The notes: a model not told the origin generated them from the letters alone. A stretch of 64,000 bases of DNA from Planktothrix sp. FACHB-1365 (GCF_014697575.1 NZ_JACJSC010000008.1:93075-157074); one strand, 5' to 3'; positions 10,219 through 20,831 are shown, numbered from the stretch's first letter. Numbers and translations: made by a program.

Positions 10219-10854
10219 CTACAAAGTTTTGATCCAGGTTCTAAATTGTTTCATAGTGGCATTTCGTCCTGATGTTTGAATTTGTTGTAAATATTGAGGA
10301 ATAATATCGGTTAAGGGTAAATTGGGGAAGGTGGGACTGTATTGCGTTTCTTGATAGTCTCCATTTTGCAAAATATAAATTTTTAAGATCCTGTTTTCAA
10401 ACCGCCAGAGTTCAGGAACCCCTAACGCAGCATAAATCTGAGGATGGGTGCGGGAAGTAATATCAATTTCTAAGGCTAAATCTGGAGGGGGATCAACGGT
10501 TAAATCTAATCGTTTTTTAGTTCTGACTAACGCTTCATGTTGAATATAAAAACAGTTATCGGGTTCTATTCCTTGCTGCATGAGTTGATTTTTGAAAGTC
10601 GTAGAACCCAAAGGAAAAAATTCGATATCGAGTTCTTCTAGTAACGCTTTAATTAAATCACTCACTAATTCTTTACTAGATTCGTGTTCAGGTAAGGGAG
10701 TCCTAATTTCTAAGGTTTCATTTGCATAAGCAATTCGGGATGAACGATGTTCGCCTAATTCTTCTAATATGGTTTCAAATTCTTGCCAAGTAATATGATT
10801 CAAGAACACCGTTTGTCCGGGGGGAACTGTGATCCGATTCAGTGCTAACAACAT
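10219..10854 (-). CDS. Uma2 family endonuclease (DUF820, restriction-endonuclease-like fold)
   Basis: The ~210-aa size and HITWQEFETILEELGEHRSSRIAYANETLEIRTPLPEHE...LALEIDITS...ELWRFEN match the family signature recalled for cyanobacterial Uma2 proteins. Confidence 0.7.
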   Translation of the reverse strand: MLLALNRITVPPGQTVFLNHITWQEFETILEELGEHRSSRIAYANETLEIRTPLPEHESSKELVSDLIKALLEELDIEFFPLGSTTFKNQLMQQGIEPDNCFYIQHEALVRTKKRLDLTVDPPPDLALEIDITSRTHPQIYAALGVPELWRFENRILKIYILQNGDYQETQYSPTFPNLPLTDIIPQYLQQIQTSGRNATMKQFRTWIKTL

Positions 10855-11047
10855 TGTTAAACCTTCTGTAACAATCAGGATAAATTAAGTTAAGCCTAGT
10901 TTAAATTGTAGAATAAATTCCGCCTTTCCTGCCTAAGCGACTTGATGATCCGCAATGGGAATTCCATAAATGCCCCTTTTATGGCAATCTATTAGTTAAT
11001 AGGAGACACCATTCTGATCGCTGATTGACAGAAATCTATTATTAACT

Positions 11048-12268
11048 ATGCAAACTTTACCTGTTCCAACTCAACCGACATCCGATCAAACTCCGGTGGA
11101 TACGATGATTCACCGCCGCAAGACTCGCCCTGTCCAGGTGGGAACTGTTACCATTGGGGGGGGTCATCCGGTTGTTGTCCAATCGATGATTAATGAAGAT
11201 ACGATGGATATTGATGGGGCGACGGCTGCGGTACGTCGTTTACATGAAATCGGGTGTGAAATTGTGCGGGTGACAGTTCCCAGTGTGGGTCATGCGACGG
11301 CTGTTGGTAAAATTAAACAGAAATTAGCCGAAACGTATCAACCTGTTCCCTTAGTGGCGGATGTTCATCATAATGGCATGAAAATCGCCCTGGAAGTGGC
11401 AAAATATGTGGATAAAGTGCGAATTAATCCAGGGTTATATGTATTTGAAAAACCCAAAAGCGATCGCACCGAATATACTCAATCTGAATTTGATGAAATT
11501 GGCGATAAAATTAGGCAAACCTTAGAACCTTTAGTGGTTTCTTTGCGTGATCAAGGAAAAGCCATGCGAATTGGGGTAAATCATGGTTCTTTAGCCGAAA
11601 GAATGTTATTTACCTATGGCGATACTCCAGAAGGCATGGTAGAATCGGCGTTAGAATTTATTAAAATTTGTGAATCTTTGGATTTTCAAAATATTGTGAT
11701 TTCCCTCAAAGCCTCACGGGTTCCGGTGATGGTAGCAGCGAACCGTTTAATGGTCAAACGGATGGATGAATTAGGCATGGATTATCCCTTACATTTAGGG
11801 GTGACAGAAGCCGGAGATGGAGAATATGGTCGGATTAAATCAACGGCTGGAATTGGTACGTTATTAGCCGGGGGAATTGGGGATACGATTCGAGTTTCTT
11901 TAACCGAAGCGCCTGAAAAAGAAATTCCCGTTTGTTATAGTATTCTGCAAGCTTTAGGACTGCGGAAAACGATGGTGGAATATGTCGCTTGTCCGTCCTG
12001 CGGTCGTACTTTATTTAACTTAGAAGAAGTCTTACATCAAGTCCGCGAAGCCACAAAACATTTAACAGGTTTAGATATTGCGGTGATGGGATGTATTGTC
12101 AATGGCCCCGGAGAAATGGCGGATGCAGACTATGGTTATGTGGGTAAACAACCGGGTTTTATTTCTCTTTATCGCGGTCGAGAAGAGATTAAAAAAGTCC
12201 CTGAAACTCAAGGGGTAGAAGAATTAATTAACTTAATTAAAGCGGATGGCCGTTGGGTTGATCCTTAA
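11048..12268 (+). CDS. ispG: 4-hydroxy-3-methylbut-2-en-1-yl diphosphate synthase (flavodoxin/ferredoxin type), MEP pathway
   Basis: [19 protein letters not shown]..., [25 protein letters not shown] and the C-terminal [4Fe-4S] Cys cluster (ACPSCGRT...GCIVNGPGE) are all diagnostic GcpE/IspG motifs. Confidence 0.92.
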   Translation: MQTLPVPTQPTSDQTPVDTMIHRRKTRPVQVGTVTIGGGHPVVVQSMINEDTMDIDGATAAVRRLHEIGCEIVRVTVPSVGHATAVGKIKQKLAETYQPVPLVADVHHNGMKIALEVAKYVDKVRINPGLYVFEKPKSDRTEYTQSEFDEIGDKIRQTLEPLVVSLRDQGKAMRIGVNHGSLAERMLFTYGDTPEGMVESALEFIKICESLDFQNIVISLKASRVPVMVAANRLMVKRMDELGMDYPLHLGVTEAGDGEYGRIKSTAGIGTLLAGGIGDTIRVSLTEAPEKEIPVCYSILQALGLRKTMVEYVACPSCGRTLFNLEEVLHQVREATKHLTGLDIAVMGCIVNGPGEMADADYGYVGKQPGFISLYRGREEIKKVPETQGVEELINLIKADGRWVDP

Positions 12269-12280
12269 GGGTCGTGTTAA

Positions 12281-12314
12281 CGGTTGGCTATCAACAGTCC
12301 ACCGTTAACAATCA
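12281..12314 (+). terminator. Hairpin GTTAACGGT-(16 nt)-ACCGTTAAC downstream of ispG (candidate terminator, no U-tract)
   Basis: 9-bp perfect stem read directly; it starts 13 nt after the ispG stop. Confidence 0.3.
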
Positions 12315-12389
12315 ACACCCGAAATCTGAAACCTATGCTAAATTGGGCGTATTGATATTGAAATTTATATTTTCTGGTTCAGCAAACAG

Positions 12390-13676
12390 ATGGTTATTTC
12401 AAGAAGTGGGCTTGTTCTTGGTGCAACGGCAGTGATGTTAACGGCTGTGGCGGTTGCAGGGGCGGGAATTCATCTTTCGAGTCAAGCATCCTTTCGGGAA
12501 AGTCCCAAGGAGTTAATTGACGAAGTTTGGCAGGTGATCCATAAAAGTTATGTGGATGGAACCTTTAATCAAGTGGACTGGACGGCTGTTCGCACTGAAT
12601 ATTTAAACCGCAACTACACCAGCGACGAACAAGCCTACACCGCTATTCGGGAAATGTTGAAGAAGCTCGATGACCCCTACACGCGCTTCATGAACCCCGA
12701 AGAATTTAAAAATATGCAAATTGATACGTCTGGGGAATTAACCGGGGTCGGGATTCAATTAACCCAAGATGAAGAAACGAAAAAATTAGTGGTGATTTCT
12801 CCCATTGAAGGTTCTCCTGCATTTACCGCCGGAGTTCAAGCCCAAGATATTATTAGTGAAATTGATGGTCGCAGCACCGAGGGAATGGATATTAATGAAG
12901 CGGTGACTTTAATTCGCGGGCCAGTGGGAACAAAAGTTAATATTAAAATATTACGGGGAGATAAACCTTTAGATTTTAATATTACTCGCGATCGCATTGA
13001 AATTCATCCGGTTCGTGCGTCTAAAAATACAAGTTCGGCGGGAGAAATTGGTTATATTCGCTTAAATACTTTTAGCGCGAATGCGTCTGAAGAAATGCGC
13101 GAAGCCATTAACGATTTAGAGAAACAAAATGTGGCGGGTTATATCCTTGATTTACGTTCAAATCCGGGGGGATTACTCTATTCTAGCATTGAAATTGCTC
13201 GAATGTGGTTAAATCAAGGAGATATTGTTTCTACGGTTGATCGTCAAGGGGAAACAGACCGTCAAAAAGCCAATAATCGGGCGTTAACCAATAAACCCTT
13301 AGTGGTTTTAGTAGATGGGGGTTCAGCCAGCGCCAGTGAAATTTTATCCGGTGCATTACAAGATAACAAACGAGGGGTTATAGTGGGAACAAAAACCTTT
13401 GGGAAAGGGTTAGTTCAATCTGTCCGAGGAGTGGGAAATGGTTCGGGTTTAGCTGTCACCATTGCGAAATATTTTACCCCCAGTGGTCGAGATATTAACC
13501 ATGAAGGAATTCAACCGGATATTAAAGTTGAACTCACCGAAGCCCAACGAGATGAGTTAAGAAAAGATCGGACAAAAGTAGGAACAACGGCTGATCCTCA
13601 ATATGTTAAAGGGTTAGAAATTCTCAAGGGCGAAATTGCTAAAACAAAACAAGGAACTCAAGCTCAATCTAAGTAA
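12390..13676 (+). CDS. ctpA: Carboxyl-terminal processing protease (S41 family, PDZ + peptidase)
   Basis: N-terminal TM/signal anchor. PDZ region (GVGIQL...VISPIEGSPA..AGVQAQDIISEIDG). Catalytic region with LVVLVDGGSASASEILSGALQDNKRGVIVGTKTFGKGLVQ (Ser/Lys dyad context). Confidence 0.88.
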   Translation: MVISRSGLVLGATAVMLTAVAVAGAGIHLSSQASFRESPKELIDEVWQVIHKSYVDGTFNQVDWTAVRTEYLNRNYTSDEQAYTAIREMLKKLDDPYTRFMNPEEFKNMQIDTSGELTGVGIQLTQDEETKKLVVISPIEGSPAFTAGVQAQDIISEIDGRSTEGMDINEAVTLIRGPVGTKVNIKILRGDKPLDFNITRDRIEIHPVRASKNTSSAGEIGYIRLNTFSANASEEMREAINDLEKQNVAGYILDLRSNPGGLLYSSIEIARMWLNQGDIVSTVDRQGETDRQKANNRALTNKPLVVLVDGGSASASEILSGALQDNKRGVIVGTKTFGKGLVQSVRGVGNGSGLAVTIAKYFTPSGRDINHEGIQPDIKVELTEAQRDELRKDRTKVGTTADPQYVKGLEILKGEIAKTKQGTQAQSK

Positions 13677-13796
13677 TTAGAAGCCAGAAGATAGGGGCGA
13701 GAACACTCGCCCTTAATGATTAATGATAACATTTTCTGTGAAAATTCTGAGAAAATTGAAGATGAAATCCTTAAAGGGGCGCTACAGATAAAATTT

Positions 13797-14186
13797 ATGG
13801 CTAGCAAATTCCGCAAATCTGGTTATCATCCGATTCGCAAGCTCAAAGTAATCTTAGCAGGTCTTCATATTGCGATCGCAACGGAGTTTAGTGTTGCTTA
13901 CAAAGTCATTTTATCTGTCGTCGTCTTAGTTATTGCTGTGATTTTTAGCCAATGGCCGGATCTCATATTTATTTTTTTAGTGACGGGGCTAATGTTAATC
14001 GCTGAATTATTCAATAGTGCCATTGAAGGTTTATGTGATTTTTTGGAACAACAGTATGATGAGAAAATTCGCGCTATCAAAGACATTTCTGCTGCTGCTG
14101 TTGGCATCAGTATTTTAATTTGGGCAGTGGCTTTAATTTTTGAAAGCCACCATCTGTGGTCATTATTCAATTTGTTGATTCCCTAG
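13797..14186 (+). CDS. dgkA: Diacylglycerol kinase (prokaryotic DgkA family)
   Basis: Three TM helices and ELFNSAIEGLCDFL...EKIRAIKDISAAAVGISIL match the DgkA ELLNSAIE...D.GSAAV signature. The start was moved to the internal Met (MASKFRKSGYHPIRKL). Confidence 0.7.
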   Translation: MASKFRKSGYHPIRKLKVILAGLHIAIATEFSVAYKVILSVVVLVIAVIFSQWPDLIFIFLVTGLMLIAELFNSAIEGLCDFLEQQYDEKIRAIKDISAAAVGISILIWAVALIFESHHLWSLFNLLIP

Positions 14187-15579
14187 AAAATTTTTCAAAC
14201 AACCAAACACCATCTCGATAATATTTTAATTTAAAATGAGGGTGATTTTGTAAACGTTTTACTAACCCGATGATTAATTCAGGAGAACTCGGCCATCCGG
14301 GGTGACGTTGGTTTAATAAGACGTATTGAAAGGGTTCTAAATCGAGTTTTTCTCGTCCTTCAATGGCTAACTCTAGGCGAGGACGATGGGTGAGATGGGG
14401 GGCGATTTTATCCGTTGTTAAGACATTATCCTGAGTTTTAATATAGCTGAGGGCTTCCCGTGTTGCTTGCCAATTATCCAGGGTTGTTAAATATTTAGAG
14501 GTAAAATAACCATATTTTGCTAATGCAAAAAAGGCGATTAACGACCATAAAATTATCCATTTTCTCTGTTTAAACCATCCTTCACCGTTCGCTAAATTTT
14601 CAATAACTGCTAACATCAGAAAGGGTAAAATCGCTAAGGAATATTGTTGCGTTAAGTTCTTCATTTGCGGATTTTCGGCTAACAGATTTAAAAATAAAAT
14701 CGGTGTAGCAGAAACTAGGGGGGTTAAATGTCGTCCCCATAAGCCCCAAATTAAAGGAATTAGAAGTAAAATTAAGTATTCTAAATTGGCTAAGGTTAAA
14801 ATTTTACTTAATACTAATCCCGGTTTTAAAATAATATTTAAGGTGATTTCAGGTAAAGAATTTCCGAGGAAACTATAAACCCCAACGGCGATAGGAGGGG
14901 CTTGGGAAAAGTGGGGGATAATGAATTCTGTAGAGATGAAAAACCACAAGAGTCCTAAAATTATTGAGAGAATAGCATAACGCCATTTTTTCTCAAATAT
15001 TAATAGCCAAATTCCCATTGCGATTAATAATACAGATAAAACTTCTTTGCAACCTAAAATAATAAAAATTGTGAAAATAAATCCTAAAATATTATTGCTT
15101 CTAGCAAATAAAACGGCATATAAAATTGCAGGTAAAGCGATGACTTCGGGGTGAAAATCAAATAAATTAACATTAAAAATTAATGGATATAATAAATACA
15201 CAAAAGCTAAGGTTTGAGCTTGGGTTTCCTTTAAACCCGCTTGTAACGATAGCTGATAAGTCGGTAACGCACCCAAGGACAGGGAAAAAGCTTGAATCGC
15301 AAATAACCAATGAACATCAGGATAAATTTTATAAAATAAGGCAATAATATACAGAATATAAGCGGCATGATCTCCTAAAATATGTAATCCTCGAAAAGAT
15401 ACAAAGGGTTCTTTTCCTTGGCTGATTAAATAAATACCATTATCAAAAATTCCTAAATCATAAGCATTAGATTGAAATAAAGCATGACGTAAACTGCTAG
15501 AAATAAATAAAATAAAACTACTAATAATAATTGCTGTTATGACTGAATGAATTTTAATTATTTTAAAGGAAATATTCAT
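14167..15579 (-). CDS. Polytopic integral membrane protein (>=10 TM), possible GT-C-type glycosyltransferase / DUF2079-like
   Basis: 470 aa, hydrophobic throughout. It is co-oriented with a polysaccharide deacetylase and another GT-C-like membrane protein. Confidence 0.45.
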   Translation of the reverse strand: MNISFKIIKIHSVITAIIISSFILFISSSLRHALFQSNAYDLGIFDNGIYLISQGKEPFVSFRGLHILGDHAAYILYIIALFYKIYPDVHWLFAIQAFSLSLGALPTYQLSLQAGLKETQAQTLAFVYLLYPLIFNVNLFDFHPEVIALPAILYAVLFARSNNILGFIFTIFIILGCKEVLSVLLIAMGIWLLIFEKKWRYAILSIILGLLWFFISTEFIIPHFSQAPPIAVGVYSFLGNSLPEITLNIILKPGLVLSKILTLANLEYLILLLIPLIWGLWGRHLTPLVSATPILFLNLLAENPQMKNLTQQYSLAILPFLMLAVIENLANGEGWFKQRKWIILWSLIAFFALAKYGYFTSKYLTTLDNWQATREALSYIKTQDNVLTTDKIAPHLTHRPRLELAIEGREKLDLEPFQYVLLNQRHPGWPSSPELIIGLVKRLQNHPHFKLKYYRDGVWLFEKFSRESTN

Positions 15580-15583
15580 ATTA

Positions 15584-16339
15584 TTAGGGTTTAATTTTGT
15601 TCATCCAGTCGGAAATTGTTGAAAATTCGGCTTGCTTTTTTAACCAAATTAAATACTTTTCTAACCGATTTAATAATTGAATTCCTGATAGACGTTTCAT
15701 AGAATTAGGAAGTTTAAATTTAGAAATATCCGTAAATTCCCAAGGATGAAAATTGAGATTGAGATAGCGATCGCTATCAAGAGTCATTTTAGAAGCAAAC
15801 TGAATTAACGGAAAGGGAAGGTTTTTGAAACTTAACCCAAAGAGGGGAAACCGGACAAAGGGTGTTACAGAGAGGGGAAGATTGAGTAAATGATCACAAT
15901 AATGAACTGTGCGACGTTTACCCTGATAATAATTCGAATTGAAGGAAGAATGGTATTGATATCCTGATGCTAAAATCGCTTGTTCATTAATGATTTGCTG
16001 TTCTCCCATACGGAACCCAGAAACCGTTTGTCCCGAAATTTCTTCTAACACTTGTTTAGATTTCCACAAATCTTCCGGGGAAAATTTAGAATGATAAAAA
16101 CCGTGAGAAGCGATTTCATGGGTTCTCGCGATCGCTTCTATTAATTCAGGATGATTCAATGCAAAATTAGCCGTGACAAAAAAGGTAGCCCTAATGTGTA
16201 AATGTTCGAGTAAAGATAGGATATTTCTTAATCCCATTAAAGAAATATCAAACTGGACAGAAGGTTTAATTTTCTCCCCATATTTCAGGGGAGCATCAAA
16301 TTCTTCTACATCAAAATTCAGGAGAATATACTTCGTCAT
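15584..16339 (-). CDS. Polysaccharide deacetylase family protein (NodB-like/DUF3473 type)
   Basis: LLNFDVEEFD...ATFFVTANFALNHPELIEAIARTHEIASHGFYH has the Asp-Asp and His-His motifs of the carbohydrate esterase 4 fold. Confidence 0.7.
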   Translation of the reverse strand: MTKYILLNFDVEEFDAPLKYGEKIKPSVQFDISLMGLRNILSLLEHLHIRATFFVTANFALNHPELIEAIARTHEIASHGFYHSKFSPEDLWKSKQVLEEISGQTVSGFRMGEQQIINEQAILASGYQYHSSFNSNYYQGKRRTVHYCDHLLNLPLSVTPFVRFPLFGLSFKNLPFPLIQFASKMTLDSDRYLNLNFHPWEFTDISKFKLPNSMKRLSGIQLLNRLEKYLIWLKKQAEFSTISDWMNKIKP

Positions 16340-16354
16340 AACACCCTAAATCAT

Positions 16355-17122
16355 CTAATTAAGCTGTTGTACAATCACTTCAATATTATTAGGATACCCT
16401 CTCGTAATTACCCGATCTTGACCCATATTTGCCCAAGTTAATCGACCATTAACATAAATTTCTGCCCGAATTCTATAAATCCCATTCTGTTGAATTTGGG
16501 CGGGATTATAAATCAAAGAAAAGGGAACCGGAACCTGTTGACCCCGTAACGGAATGGTTTGTTGAGCAATATTTCGAGGTGCACGATTTGGACTGGTTGT
16601 ATCTTGTAATGTAACAACAACAGTTGAATTTGGAGGTAATGCAATGCGTTGACGGTAAGTAATTGTTCCAGTTACTTTTGATTCTTGGGGTCGTTGATTT
16701 CCTTGGGTTCTGAGTACCCGTTCTGTAATTGGTCTTTGATTATTATTCGGTTGAATTGTGAAGCTTCTGGAGTTCACTTGATAGGATGCTTTTTGAGAAT
16801 TTCCCGCATAACCGTCTCGCTGTTGTTGCACAGAAAAGCGATCAAACAGTTGTCCATTACGATAACTGACCGCCATGAATAAACCCGATTGTCCTTGACA
16901 AATATTAATGTGATAATTCTCTGTCATAAAATATGCTTCCTGGGGAACACCGCGACAACCTTGAGTCGCAAAATCTATTTCTCGTTGTGCGAGGACGGGA
17001 GGAATAATATTAAGGGCTGATGTTAGAGTTAATAATGTAGACGTTAGGAATAAACGGACAAGAAATGGACTTTTTTGTTGATTTTGGGTGCTGATCATCT
17101 TTTTCCATTGTAATCTGCTCAA
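16355..17122 (-). CDS. Secreted protein with C-terminal YbaY-like lipoprotein domain
   Basis: Signal peptide (FLVRLFLTSTLLTLTSALNIIPPVLA). The C-terminus ITYRQRIALPPNSTVVVTLQDTTSPNRAPRNIAQQTIPLRGQQVPVPFSLIYNPAQIQQNGIYRIRAEIYVNGRLTW parallels E. coli YbaY (VWIRQKVALPPDAVLTVTLSDASLADAPSKVLAQKAV...FSFVLPFNPADVQPNARILLSAAITVNDKL). An alternative start at the Met of MISTQN (17098) is likely. Confidence 0.55.
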   Translation of the reverse strand: MSRLQWKKMISTQNQQKSPFLVRLFLTSTLLTLTSALNIIPPVLAQREIDFATQGCRGVPQEAYFMTENYHINICQGQSGLFMAVSYRNGQLFDRFSVQQQRDGYAGNSQKASYQVNSRSFTIQPNNNQRPITERVLRTQGNQRPQESKVTGTITYRQRIALPPNSTVVVTLQDTTSPNRAPRNIAQQTIPLRGQQVPVPFSLIYNPAQIQQNGIYRIRAEIYVNGRLTWANMGQDRVITRGYPNNIEVIVQQLN

Positions 17123-17160
17123 ATTGATATTATATCATTATTGTTTCATCCCATAAACCC

Positions 17161-18480
17161 TTAAGCTACCCAAAGATGTTGAGCAAAGCGAACTGAAAAA
17201 ATAATCAGTAACAGGGTAAAAAATCCCAAGGTGACATAACCCCAACGACGATGATGGGATAGCATTACCCCTAAAGCTAAACTAACAGAAACAATCCCAT
17301 AAGCTAAACGACTGAGGGAAATTGTACCGCCAGACGCTAATAATAAACCTAACGCACAGAAGCCATAATTTACTGCGACTAAACTAAGTTCATGGCGTAA
17401 ATACCACAGTAAATAACCTCCGCCTAAAATAATCGCTGTATTGAGTAAGGGATCACCTGCAATTAACCATAAAATAAACAGTAAAAAACAAAAACTATAA
17501 TCAAATTTTATCTCTCCTAATTGATCACGATATCGCCAAATAAAATAACCGATTATAGCAATAATTATAACTAAAAGTGGATGCCAAGGATCAACAATTG
17601 TACCTTTTTTCCAATTTTGAGAACCGATTAAAATTTGCATCACCATTTTTAACCAGCCTTGACTATCAAATCCGGTTTGGCGTTGCCATTGGGTGTGTTG
17701 AACGGTAATAAAAGCAATAGGATTATTGAATTTTATCCAACAATAGAGGCTATAAAATAATAAACCACAGCCACTTAATAAGCCGGATAAATAAGCGATC
17801 GCAGGTTTTCGTTTTTGCCAAGCTGTAATTAGAAAAGCAGGAATTAAAGCAATTCCAGTAATGCGCGTTGTGGTGGCTAAACTCCCCCATAAAATCACTT
17901 GAGGATACTTTTCTAAATCAAAGGCTTTTAAGGTAGCAATACTCAAGAATAAAAATAAACCTTCCGTATAAATAACAGTACCAAAAATCGATAAAGGACA
18001 CCAAGCTAATATAGCTGTTGCCCAACGGGCAGCTTGAGGATTATTGGTGATTTCCACCCATTGATACAGTAAAATCAAAGCTCCAAAAAAAGCCAAATTA
18101 TTAATTAAAACCCCTGCCACTTCAAAGGATAAGCCTAAATTCATTAATCCTCGAATTAATAACGGAAATAATGGAAAAAATGCCACATTTCCGCCCGGTT
18201 CTTTCTGATTAATAATTTCATATCCCGAAGTTGCAATAATTTGATAGAGGGGACTATCCCAAGCAGAAAAAACTCCCCAGCCCCACTGAGAAGAAACGGG
18301 AGAAAAGAAAGCAATTGCAAAAAACGTCAACAGAATCATACTGCGACTCAGTATCCCCATTGTTAAGGCAAAAATAATCCCATTAGATTGACAAATTGTG
18401 GCAATTTGAGTTAAAAAATCTAGTAATTTAGCAAAAAGTTGAGTTAGCACCTTCCGATAATTCATAGGTTGTTTTTTCAC
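17161..18480 (-). CDS. Polytopic integral membrane protein, possible GT-C glycosyl/mannosyltransferase-like (DUF2029-type)
   Basis: 439 aa with >=10 TM helices and short loops. Its context suggests envelope glycan modification. Confidence 0.4.
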   Translation of the reverse strand: MKKQPMNYRKVLTQLFAKLLDFLTQIATICQSNGIIFALTMGILSRSMILLTFFAIAFFSPVSSQWGWGVFSAWDSPLYQIIATSGYEIINQKEPGGNVAFFPLFPLLIRGLMNLGLSFEVAGVLINNLAFFGALILLYQWVEITNNPQAARWATAILAWCPLSIFGTVIYTEGLFLFLSIATLKAFDLEKYPQVILWGSLATTTRITGIALIPAFLITAWQKRKPAIAYLSGLLSGCGLLFYSLYCWIKFNNPIAFITVQHTQWQRQTGFDSQGWLKMVMQILIGSQNWKKGTIVDPWHPLLVIIIAIIGYFIWRYRDQLGEIKFDYSFCFLLFILWLIAGDPLLNTAIILGGGYLLWYLRHELSLVAVNYGFCALGLLLASGGTISLSRLAYGIVSVSLALGVMLSHHRRWGYVTLGFFTLLLIIFSVRFAQHLWVA

Positions 18481-18678
18481 GCCCTTATTTACAATTCAAT
18501 TAAAAATCAACTTTAATTTACAATTAGAGAAATTCTACCAAGGATCAGGCAAAATTGACATTTTTAATAAAAATTGCAGATTCAGATAAATTATGCTAGA
18601 AAAATGAATAAGGGAAGAAAAAGCTGACCCGTGCTTTCTCTGTAACTCAAAACCTCGATTTGTGCCAGGAAATGTCCT

Positions 18679-19533
18679 ATGTTTTTTAATGCAACTCAAC
18701 TTTTAATTGATAACTTTGTTGAACAACTTCGCTCAGGATATCATCATACCTATGGGGGATTTAATGCCCATTATGGGGATATTGTCGCTTGGGCTGGAGG
18801 GATGGCTTTAGAAAATATTGCCAATAGCGATGCCCTCTATCATGATGTTGAACATACCATAATCGTTACATTAGTCGGTCAGGAAATTTTACGCGGAAAA
18901 CATATCCGTGAAGGTGGGGTTTCTAGCGAAGATTGGCTGCATTTTATGATCTCTCTAGTTTGTCATGATATTGGTTATGTTAAAGGGGTTTGTCGCCAAG
19001 ATCGAGAGGGATATTATGCCACAGGATGTGATGAAAACAGGGTACTTTTGCCCTTTGGATGTACAGATGCGAGTTTAATGCCTTATCATGTTGATCGGGC
19101 TAAATTGTTTATTAAAGAACGATTTGGGGGACATCCTTTAATTGATGCAAAAGTCATTCAATCTAATATTGAACTGACGCGATTTCCAGTTCCTCAAAAA
19201 TCCGATCATCAAGATACAATCCATTATCCCGGTTTAGTGCGGGCGGCGGATTTAATTGGTCAATTAAGTGATCCTCGATATCTTCAAAAAATTAGTGCCT
19301 TATTTTATGAGTTTGAAGAAACAGGATTTAATCAAAAAGCAGGCTATCATAATCCCGGAGAGTTGCGAAGAAATTACCCTCAATTTTATTGGCATAAAGT
19401 TTATCCCTATATTAAAGATAGTCTACGGTACTTATCTTTAACTCAGCAAGGCCAACAAATTATTGCCAATCTGCACGCCAATGTCTTCCTGGTTGAACAT
19501 GAGGAAACCATCAAGGAGGTTGTTATGGTTTAA
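18679..19533 (+). CDS. Hypothetical protein with probable HD-domain metal-dependent phosphohydrolase motif
   Basis: YHDVEHTIIV...LVCHDIGYVKG gives the H..HD...H/D spacing of HD-superfamily hydrolases. Confidence 0.4.
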   Translation: MFFNATQLLIDNFVEQLRSGYHHTYGGFNAHYGDIVAWAGGMALENIANSDALYHDVEHTIIVTLVGQEILRGKHIREGGVSSEDWLHFMISLVCHDIGYVKGVCRQDREGYYATGCDENRVLLPFGCTDASLMPYHVDRAKLFIKERFGGHPLIDAKVIQSNIELTRFPVPQKSDHQDTIHYPGLVRAADLIGQLSDPRYLQKISALFYEFEETGFNQKAGYHNPGELRRNYPQFYWHKVYPYIKDSLRYLSLTQQGQQIIANLHANVFLVEHEETIKEVVMV

Positions 19534-19623
19534 TCTGTTTAATCGTTGAAGGACAAGATTTTAATGTTCCATCAGGTCATCTATCCCAAAATAGGGTAAA
19601 CTACTTTATATTTTAAATTTTTC

Positions 19624-20766
19624 ATGAGTTCCATGACGAATTCTGTTTTTTCGCCTTTACAAAGTCGTTTACTCACGGGGTTACTGATTTTAGTCGTGAG
19701 TTGGTTAAGCTTTCAATTTTTAGGTTATGTTGGCGAATTAATCAGTATATTAGTTACCTCTGGATTAATTGCCTTTCTTCTGAACTACGCCGTAGCAAAA
19801 TTAGAACGCTTTATTCCGCGAGGAATTGCCGCCGCTTTAGTGTATTTAATTGCCATTGTAACCTTTGTAATTATTGCCTTAACTCTTGTCCCCCCTGTCT
19901 TTAATCAAGGACGACAATTAATTACCCGATTACCGGAATTAATCGAATCAGGACGGCAACAGTTAGCCGAATTTCAAGTCTGGAGTGTTGAGCGTAATTT
20001 ACCCTTTGATGTGGGAATTTTACAACAGCAACTGTTGTCTCGAATTCAATCAACCATTGAACCCATCCTGACCGGAAGTTTAGGCTTAGTTCTGGGAACC
20101 TTTAATTGGTTTTTTGACTTAATTTTTATTTTGGTCATTGCCTTTTATATGTTATTAGATGGGGAACGGTTATGGAACCTCCTAATCACTATTTTATCTC
20201 CCCAAATTCGAGAGGTTTTAACCTTTTCACTAGAACGAAATTTGAAAAAATTTGTTTTAGGACAAACCTTGCAGGGAATTTTTATGGCAATCACCTTAAC
20301 CTTTGCCTTTTTAATGTTAAAAGTTCCCTATTTCCTATTATTTGCCGTTGTGATTGGATTATTGGAAATTATTCCATTTGTGGGAGCCACATTAGGAATT
20401 GGAACTGTCACTATTATCGTCGCTTTTATTGATTGGTGGCTGGCTTTACAAGTGTTAGCGGTTGCCATTGCAATTCAACAAGTGAAGGATAATATTGTTG
20501 CCCCTCGAATTATGGGAGATTTAACCGGATTAAGCCCTGTGATTATTTTTAGTGCTTTATTATTAGGAGGAAAAATAGCCGGATTATTAGGATTTATTCT
20601 GGCGATTCCGATGGCTGGGGTGGTTAAAAGTATTATTGAAGTGGTTGTTGATCCCACTTTACCTCCTCAAACCGGTTCCTTCTTTTATAATCCTTTAGAT
20701 TCAAAAGTTAACTTAACGCCAACGGAAACTTTATCTCTAGCCGAACAAGAACGCTTGAAGGTGTAA
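19624..20766 (+). CDS. AI-2E family transporter (PerM/YdiK-like permease)
   Basis: 380 aa with ~8 TM helices. The topology and C-terminal GxxG-rich helices (ALLLGGKIAGLLGFILAIPMAGVV) are typical of the family. Confidence 0.7.
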   Translation: MSSMTNSVFSPLQSRLLTGLLILVVSWLSFQFLGYVGELISILVTSGLIAFLLNYAVAKLERFIPRGIAAALVYLIAIVTFVIIALTLVPPVFNQGRQLITRLPELIESGRQQLAEFQVWSVERNLPFDVGILQQQLLSRIQSTIEPILTGSLGLVLGTFNWFFDLIFILVIAFYMLLDGERLWNLLITILSPQIREVLTFSLERNLKKFVLGQTLQGIFMAITLTFAFLMLKVPYFLLFAVVIGLLEIIPFVGATLGIGTVTIIVAFIDWWLALQVLAVAIAIQQVKDNIVAPRIMGDLTGLSPVIIFSALLLGGKIAGLLGFILAIPMAGVVKSIIEVVVDPTLPPQTGSFFYNPLDSKVNLTPTETLSLAEQERLKV

Positions 20767-20782
20767 AATAAAAAAATAGAGA

Positions 20783-20806
20783 CACAACTCTACACGTTTT
20801 TCAACA
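20783..20806 (+). terminator. Hairpin TAGAG-ACACAA-CTCTA followed by GTTTTTC after the AI-2E transporter gene
   Basis: A stem-loop with a downstream T-run, 17 nt past the stop. Confidence 0.3.
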
Positions 20807-20831
20807 ATTCTTTGAGTGAAAAATCTGAACT

